A stretch of DNA of 64,000 bases from the human T2T-CHM13v2.0 reference genome, Homo sapiens. The notes beneath the pieces were generated by a model, which searched no databases, was not told where the DNA came from, and saw nothing but the letters and a program-made list of their open reading frames with translations. The translations under genes and the position numbers were made by a program. This document shows positions 56,173 through 64,000 of this stretch, piece after piece. The stretch lies in NCBI RefSeq assembly GCF_009914755.1, contig NC_060945.1. One strand, given 5' to 3'. Numbering within the stretch: position 1 is the stretch's first letter; each line of letters opens with the position of its first letter.

Positions 56173-59100
56173 AAGAGTACATCAATATATGAGAAACAGA
56201 TGAGTCTCACTAACATAGATGGTGGGATGTTTATGGAAGGCATAGTAGGAAGGCAGTTTGGTACCAGATTCTAGGAAACCTTTTTATCTTTGTTAAGTGT
56301 TAGAAATACTTTTCAATAGGTGATGGCATTGGAAGATTTTACATATATCTGCAATATGATCAGTCCATGTTTCATAAAGGCAATTGTTGGACCATGTGAA
56401 ACACCACTTGAATAAGACCACTCGAGAAGCAGTTTCAATGGTCCACATGAAAGATGAGGGCTAGAACTCTCACAATGGCAGAGGAGATGGGACATGGACT
56501 CAATTACTACTTTACAGGTAAAATTGATGAGCTTCAGTGACTACGTTTGCTTCTGAACAAGATTAGTGGAGGTGAAGAATGGGATGCTAAGGAATTGGCA
56601 GTTGAATTACTGAAAAGGCCATTTGGGTTACTAATGGCCATTAGTCGCAATAGTGATTATGAGATGAACAAATTGTGGGGTTAGAAACTTGAGTCTAGTT
56701 GGAAGTATTTTGAATTTAAGTTGGAATATTAGGTATTGTTTTAAGTTGCACTCTGTCTCTCTCCAAACTATTTCATAAACATTCTTCAACTGACTTGGTC
56801 CATGAGGAAACAGAAGTTTTCTGTATTAAAACTAGTATGAAAAATATGAATGTGATTCTTATGCAATGGTAGTGAGTTTTAAAATTTTTGTCAAATTGTA
56901 TTTTTACTGAGTCTTCTCTCACTCTTTCATTTCCTACATGAATATATATTATTACAATTTCTAAGAAAAATCATCAATTAAAACATTAGCTGTTATACCC
57001 AGCCAGATGCCAGTTTAATTTAAATGGTTTTGCACTCTCAAACTAGAATTATTGACTTCAGTATTACTTGGTTTGTATTTCATTACTTAATTTTTGTTCT
57101 AATATTTCTTTTTTTCTAAGAAGTCTGTACCAAATTGTGTTCCCAACAGAAAATTTTTAGGAAAGGAGTTTATCAATTCTAGTTAAAGAAAAGTAAATGA
57201 AGAGAATAATAATTGGTTTCATTTATTAAAAGCTAATCAAATTTCCTTCATATTAGGCATTATTAACTCAGTGGGAAAAAGTGCACTTGTTTTCTGTAAT
57301 CTATGTGGTATTTTACCTTCAGGACACTAACTTTTGACATATTATGAAAACACACCAGTAGATTAGTATTACTTGGAATTCTGCAAATAGGCTTTAATTA
57401 TTCATTTGTATTGTAACATGAAGAATTCGGTATACACTCAAAGATGATTATTTCAGAGTGATCCAATGTCCAAAAAATTTCCAGTGATTTGACATTAGGA
57501 ACCTCCTGTGCCTACGGAGAGCAGGCTCTGTGCTAGGCATCATGGAGAGTAAAAAGACTAAAATCCATTATTTTTCGCCTTCCAAATAATTTGTAAGAGA
57601 TGTTACATACAACATGAGTAAATTGAAACCATGGTTTGGAAATCATAGATTTTTATTGTCCCTACAATTTGAAAAGGGATAATAGTACTTGGTGGCCAAA
57701 ACTGGTTAAGACAAATTAAGCTCAAGATCCTGATAGCTTACTCAATAGGAAAAGCAGAATCTTCATCCATGAATGTTTGCCTTTAGAGGCCAGTGTTATT
57801 TCACTATGTTATATTGGAAAATAGATATCACCTTACAGAAATTCTCATTTACTGTGTAGAACAAATCTAGTTTTTTTTTTTTAAATTTTATTGTAAGCAA
57901 GACTATGTCTTTTCAATCCAAATGAAATTATTGGTAGAAAGATTCTTAGTAGTCTTGATACCATGTGAGTAGGAACGTCTTAAATTAGAGGAGAGTGCTT
58001 AGCAATATATAAATATTCTTTTCTCAAATGCAGAAAAAGAACGATTCCTAAAGTCACAATACCTTTGGTATCAGGTAAAATCTCTGCATCTCAGTCTTGA
58101 AGTAATTAAATCGAGGAAAATAATTCTACCTTGAGTTGTTTTGGCCCAATTTCATGTTTTTCACTAAATCAACCAGTTATTCTTTTCCTCCAATTCTCAA
58201 ACTCTTTCACATAGTGGAATGGTAGCAAGATTACATTTTTTATGAGATTGAGAAAGCCCATGACAGTGAAACTTTTGTTTTCTGCGGCTATTGCTGTAAG
58301 TAACAGTAAAGGACTAGAACAAGCTGTAGTGTAGAAATCCCTCAAACACGGGAGCAATTGCCAAAACACCCCCTCTAGGCACGCTGTAGCACTCCAGAAA
58401 TTAATCCGTGTAATGTCACCTCAGTTCCAGTCCTTCTCCTCTAGTGTTCTAAGTGGGTTAGTAAAGCTTAAAAGTAATTGGCAACAAAAGCAGCTGAATG
58501 ATAGAGCATAATCCTCATGGACTTTGTACCGTTATCACAAAAAATTCTCTTTGGCAGAATTTATAACGGCACTAATATCAGGTATATGATGCATGCATCT
58601 GTTGATTTTTCTCAAACTCTGTCTTCCAGGCATATAAAAATGAGAATAAACTTAACATCCCTGAAAGGCATATTCATAGTAAATTACTGCTTGGAAAATG
58701 CAGTTTTCATGTTTAATTGCCTCGTTCCCTTCTATAAATACATAGTATCTTGCCGTATGAGAGGAATAAACGGCAAGGATGACTGGGCATTTATGTAGTA
58801 CATGGATTCACTAATAAGAAAAAGAATATGATATTTCACCACCTACTTACCTTATAACAATAGTTTGAGAATTGATTAAGGTAATCCAATACAGTCTCTG
58901 ATAACGGAGAATGTTTAGAAACAAAGTTTTTTTGGAGAAATAAAAGTTCAGATCAAAATGAGCATTACCCAGTATAATAATCGTGTTTTAAATTTAGGGT
59001 TTTTTATGAATCTTTTAAAGAAAGTATCCAAATAGTTGTTTTGTTCAATTCTGTTTCATCAAACTCAGAAGGGGGAAGGAGTAGGGATCTAATATTGGCA

Positions 59101-60951
59101 TTGTTCCTCCTGCTCCTTCTCAGTGGGAGTCACCATGTTGACGATGGTACAGTGGTATCTGTATTATCTCTCTTTCAATTCTCATGATCATCCCCTAAGA
59201 AATATATTTTAATCTCCTTTTCAGATAATAAATATAAAGTTCAAATAGGCTAGATAGCTTGCCAAATACATATAGACTGATTGTTGAAATTAGGTAATGC
59301 GTGAATTCACCCACGTCTTTTTAGTGATTGAGAATGTATGTTACTTGTTGATCTTTATTTTCACTATCAATTATACATAATGTGAAAGACAGGGCTAAGT
59401 GTACACTGCCCCCCATTTCTGTAGTTTACATGTAGAAGAGAAGATTTCTGCTCCACTCATCAGGAGAGAAAAATATGGGTGGCATACTTTCCCATGCTCT
59501 CTGACCCCTCATTCATCATTTCCTTCTTTGTCCAGAGAAAATTGGGCAGATGTTTCAGCCAATTCTTTATACTTTTAACAGGTATGTCTTCAGAATAGTA
59601 AAGGAGAAAACCTTCTTTTAAGTCCAGTGCTTTCTGGCTTTATTTGAAACACTGTTTCTACCTAATTCATTGTACATATTACTATTAGGACATTTTATAC
59701 AACTAAGAGGGCCTTAATGACTTTGAATTAGATTAATCATTTGATGAACCAATAAACAAATAGAAAAATGGCATTAATCTGGATACTTGTTACTGGCTTT
59801 CAAGGTTTTAGGAGCACATTTTTCAAAATATATTTAGCTTACTTATTCAGTTTATTTTTAAACCAAAAGAATTAACCATTATCAATCCCAAAAGCATTTG
59901 TTCAAAAGTGTGTTGGAAGGGGATTTGAGAGGCTGTAAATAATTTTCCATGTTAGAGACAGGAATGTGGGCTCAGTGGCAGGCTTTCTTTTGTTTTTTGT
60001 CAATATGTTGTGGTGCTGTTTGGATATAACCTAAATACAACTGCAGAAAGGCTTATTCTATCATAACAGACCTTTGTGGGTTTTAGAATTGTGATGGCTT
60101 GTTTCCTAAAGCATTTTGATTGATTCATGTATTGCTTTGCTTTTCAAATATTACACCAACAATTTTTATGCAAGAATCCTTTATCCTTGCCAAGAATGGC
60201 TTTTATAATTTTACAAATGTTTTCCCTCTATGTATATAATATTTGATGTAAATTTTAATAATATAACATGGTAGTGATATTGTTGGGAGCTGACTGAAGA
60301 TCTACAATATTGCCTTTATTGAATTTACTTAAAGGGATTAGTGACACACCCAGGACATTTTATATGAAGATTAAGTTATGACCAGAGAAGGTATTTTAGC
60401 TGATTGACAGAAGCACAGCAGACAATTCCTAGAAATACAGAGAAATTGGCACACCAAAGATACATACTGAGAGTTGGCACAAAGTAGATACTTAAAAAAA
60501 ATTCCTGAATGAATGAATGAATCCAAGGCTACTTTGGTTCTGCTTTGGCCACAAGTGCTGTGTTAACAGGAGAAAGCAAGCATGTCTAACTTGTATGCAG
60601 AGATAATAATCAAAGGAAAAAAAATCCCTAATATCTGATAAAATCTGCTTCCTTAGTTGAAACCTTTTGATACTACTGGTGATATTCTTATCAACAGGTA
60701 ATCACAGTTCTGTTAATAATAGACAGAGGATAAAAGTGAAATCTGAGAACTCAGGCATTAGCCCTAAATATGTTGTTTACTGTGGTGAAATCCAGGGCTA
60801 AAACTGCAGACTTTTATGCTCTTGATTTCTTGTCTATAAAATAGGCACAATATTTATTGCTAAGGCACCAGAGACTTCTCAGGGGCCTAAAATAAAATGT
60901 ATAAGAGAAAACTTTCTTTCAAAAAATAATAATAATATTATTAAAACTGAC

Positions 60952-60987
60952 CTGGAGTTGCCAGATGACTGGTGGTTGTTAGCTTGT
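60952..60987 (-). CDS. TMPRSS15: TMPRSS15 exon ~5 (36 nt, phase 1-1), Ser/Thr-rich linker
   Basis: atttttcag|ACAAGCTAACAACCACCAGTCATCTGGCAACTCCAG|gtcagt; (D)KLTTTSHLATP, in frame with the next exon. Confidence 0.95.
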
Positions 60988-61359
60988 CTGAAAAATAAAT
61001 TATATTAAAATAATTATTACCTATTTTAAACTAATTACCAGGAATTTATTGTATATTCATTCTGTATAATAATTAACCTAAGAATTTTAAAAGTTATTAC
61101 GCATTATTAGTGTCCATTTAGAAGTATGTCATTTGTATTTGGATTTAAAAATAAATCTTTTATGTTTTTGATGATTTTTAGAGTTGTAGCACAGAGGTTT
61201 TTAGATTTTTAACTCCTCTTTTATTTTCTAACTAAAGAAGACAAGGTTATTCAATGATCAATAACTAAATGCGAGGATTCATTAATCTCATAATGACCAT
61301 AGACGTAAATGTTCCAGGTTAATTTGATGTTATATGAAAGAGAAGCGTGGGATATGCTT

Positions 61360-61560
61360 AGACCATGGGCTTTGGAATCAGGAGGAATTGCTTTTGATTT
61401 CTGAGTTTGACACTTAGTACCTGTGTGACCCTGGGCATGTTACTTATTATTTAATTTATTCTTTCAAATAGAAAAGTATTACGACCTCTCTACAAAATCA
61501 TTCTGATAATTGAAATAGGTCATGTTTGTAAAATATAGTACCTGGCTAAAGAGGATGCCT
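61360..61560 (+). mobile_element. MIR relic
   Basis: catgggctttggaatcagg...cacttagtacctgtgtgaccctgggcatgttactt. Confidence 0.6.
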
Positions 61561-61835
61561 TAAAAAATAAGACTTCAAGTCTTATAAAAATTGTCATGAT
61601 TACTATACCAAAAGTAATATCTTCATAGTTTCATAATTATGAAGTTTGAAATTGTAGCTTGAAAGATGGGATGAAGAAAATGCTGGAATAGAGTAGTTAA
61701 CATAAAGTCTGAATTCTCCTTTCCAAAGTGAAATATATTCTGAAAGTGGTCTTTCTTTATCTCACCCTTAGTGACCTCCCAAGTGCCATAGCTTCATCAC
61801 CAAGGCACCATGATTTGGAGCCGTTTATGGAGATG

Positions 61836-61836
<1 letters not shown>

Positions 61837-61879
<43 letters not shown>

Positions 61880-61958
61880 ATATATCTCTCATATGTAACA
61901 CACACACTCATATATCTCTCATATGTAACACACACACACTCATATATCTCTCATATAT
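61837..61958. repeat. (CA)20 plus a three-copy, ~30-bp compound minisatellite
   Basis: (ca)n-ctcatatatctctcatatgtaa repeated three times (last copy partial). Confidence 0.92.
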
Positions 61959-62210
61959 ATTTGTATATAAAGTTTAAAATATGAAAGGAACATTGAAATT
62001 GGAAATGTATATCCTTGGCATAAGTGATGAGGCATTAGGAACATTGTAATATTACGAATTATGTTATTCCTAACCAATATAAGCTTCTTACAACTTGATA
62101 TGAAGACTGAATGCCTCAGAAATAGCTGCAAGAAAAAAATGTATATTTTCCTAGGTGATAGAGTTTGATGATCACTAAGTTGTATTTTTAAAAGTGCCAT
62201 AAACACTGAC

Positions 62211-62255
62211 CTGAAGTTGTTGCAGGGCTTACTGTAGAAAAATTCTCCAAAGATG
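62211..62255 (-). CDS. TMPRSS15: Candidate alternative or relic 45-nt TMPRSS15 exon (phase 1-1), mucin-like linker peptide
   Basis: ttattccag|CATCTTTGGAGAATTTTTCTACAGTAAGCCCTGCAACAACTTCAG|gtcagt; (A)SLENFSTVSPATTS, stop-free and frame-preserving; resembles recalled bovine ASLENFSTISPATTS. Confidence 0.75.
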
Positions 62256-63479
62256 CTGGAATAACGTAAAGTTGATTTAACACATGAGTTTATGATATAA
62301 ATACATTACAAAACATTGAGTACACCTTGAATATTCATTCAAAGGGCATCTGATCCTTTGGAGTTCCTATTTTATCCTCTGCCATGCTAAGCCTTCCTAT
62401 TCATTATTTGGTTGTAATACATTTGATAAATTTCCAGAGTCTGCATATTCTCTCTATGCAGTTTACTTATGCAAAAAGTTTGCTTTATTTTATATCTATT
62501 TAAGAAAGATATCCGTTTATTAATCATAGTTCTATAGAATAATTTACATTTGAGCCAACTAATATAACATGATACGCCACATCTTGGCATACCTAGAACC
62601 ACTTGTTTTACACTAAAACATATGAAGGTAACAATTGCAAAACAATCTTTCACATAATGAATATTTCCTTGGAACTAAGTGGTATATAAGTAAAAAGTGC
62701 TTTGCACATAGAAGACAAAAGCTGGCAATTTTCTTCAAACTTTAACATGTTTGATAGTTTTAAAAGGATAGACTCACCTATGCAAGATATAAAGGAAATC
62801 AAAGCATATCTCATGAAAAGTCATGTGGTGAATTTGTTTTTATTCAAGACTATATTGATGATAAGTGGGCTAAGAAGTATATTCGTTTCTACTAACTAGG
62901 TGGTTTATTTCAGCATTTCATCATTTTTGAATTGTGTTGGTTCTATAAAACCTATTGAAGTTTTGTAAATGATACATGGTAGAGTGTTGACACTGAAGAT
63001 AAAATAAAATTTATGTGACTTTTCATAAATAATATGGTTAAATTTTTTATGTTTGACAGTGTATTATACACAACTTCAAGATATCTATGTAATTCTTAAC
63101 TAAATTTAAAACTATAAATTTGAAAATTCACATGATACAAATGGATATTAAACTGAAATACCTACAATTAACTTGGTACCGTGTTTATAAATGTGTTTTA
63201 ACACAATTCAACAAGTTAAATGTAACTTCTACTTGTTGAGAATATTCTTGGGCTGATGTTGTAAAACAGTTTATTACATTTGTGGTACTAATTCTAAATT
63301 AACTCAAAGGATATGGTTTCATTGAATAAACATTTAATTTTAAAAATCACAAACTCTCTTCCCCCAGATGATCCAAATATAGGAAATCGTGAAAAAAAGT
63401 TTCAGCATATCTGTCAATTTGCTTGCCAGAACAGACCATCAGAAACCAATGCACATTCAAATAGAGATAGTAAGATGAC

Positions 63480-63662
63480 AACTTTGGGGCCTGTTGGAGG
63501 ATGGGCGGTGGGAGGAGGCAGAGAATGAGGAGAAATAACTAACAGGTGCTAGGCTTAATAACTGGGTGATAAAATAATCTATACAACAAACTCCCATGAC
63601 ACAAGTTTACCTATATAACAAACCTGTATATGTACCCTGAAAAGTTAAAAAATAAAAAATGA
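63480..63662 (+). mobile_element. L1PA13-16/L1PB-type 3' end fragment
   Basis: ctaggcttaataactgggtgataaaataatctatacaacaaactcccatgacacaagtttacc, followed by an A-rich tail. Confidence 0.85.
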
Positions 63663-63769
63663 AAATATTCATTTTTCCATGCCAAAAAAGAAAAATGACT
63701 ATGAAAAAAATCAACTAAAATTGTTCAAAGATAAAAACATTACAAACAAACTAGTATAAAGGTTAAGAG

Positions 63770-63965
63770 GGCAGACATTAGGATCAGACCACAGAGGTCA
63801 GAATGCCTAAGTCTAAATGACTGTGTGAAAAAGGCCATTTACCAAAAGTATCTGTGTTTTGGTCTTCTCCCTGATTGGGGGATAGTAATGACATCACATA
63901 AGAGGATTAATGTAGAGAGTAAAAATGTTGATAGATAAACCACCTGTTCTAGCTAATAATAGCCA
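63770..63965 (+). mobile_element. MIR relic
   Basis: ggttaagagggcagac...gatcagac...actgtgtga...gggatagtaat...gaggattaa. Confidence 0.45.
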
Positions 63966-64000
63966 GTAGTAGTTTTCAGCTCATCTGAATCAAAGATTTA

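Noticed and set aside
56630-56645. 16-bp perfect palindrome actaatggccattagt
   Set aside because: Isolated and of a length that can arise by chance in 64 kb; no associated structure
58130-58163. Exon-like unit ending ACAACTCAAG|gtagaa, considered as another linker mini-exon
   Set aside because: 34 nt (not frame-preserving), poor acceptor and no Ser/Thr-rich peptide

Overview
Human, AT-rich, repeat-rich genomic DNA lying entirely inside TMPRSS15 (enteropeptidase/enterokinase, PRSS7; chr21q21), transcribed on the minus strand. Twelve coding exons can be read directly with GT-AG boundaries and a continuous spliced frame (canonical exons ~5-16; numbering recalled). They encode the Ser/Thr-rich linker, LDLa1, CUB1, MAM and CUB2 domains of the heavy chain. 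The rest is intron, containing Alus (FAM to a near-pristine, human-specific AluYb8), L1 fragments (one with a twin-priming inversion), MaLR and MLT2 LTRs, a MER44-type DNA transposon, MIR/L2 relics and microsatellites. The most notable observation is an intact, in-frame 45-nt exon-like unit at 62211-62255 encoding ASLENFSTVSPATTS. It is absent from the canonical 1019-aa human protein as I recall it, but matches a segment I recall from bovine/porcine enteropeptidase. It appears paralogous to exon 5, contains overlapping internal splice signals, and is followed by a (UG)20 tract. Nearly all ORFs in the supplied track are spurious. Repeat subfamily names and cross-species comparisons come from memory and need database confirmation.
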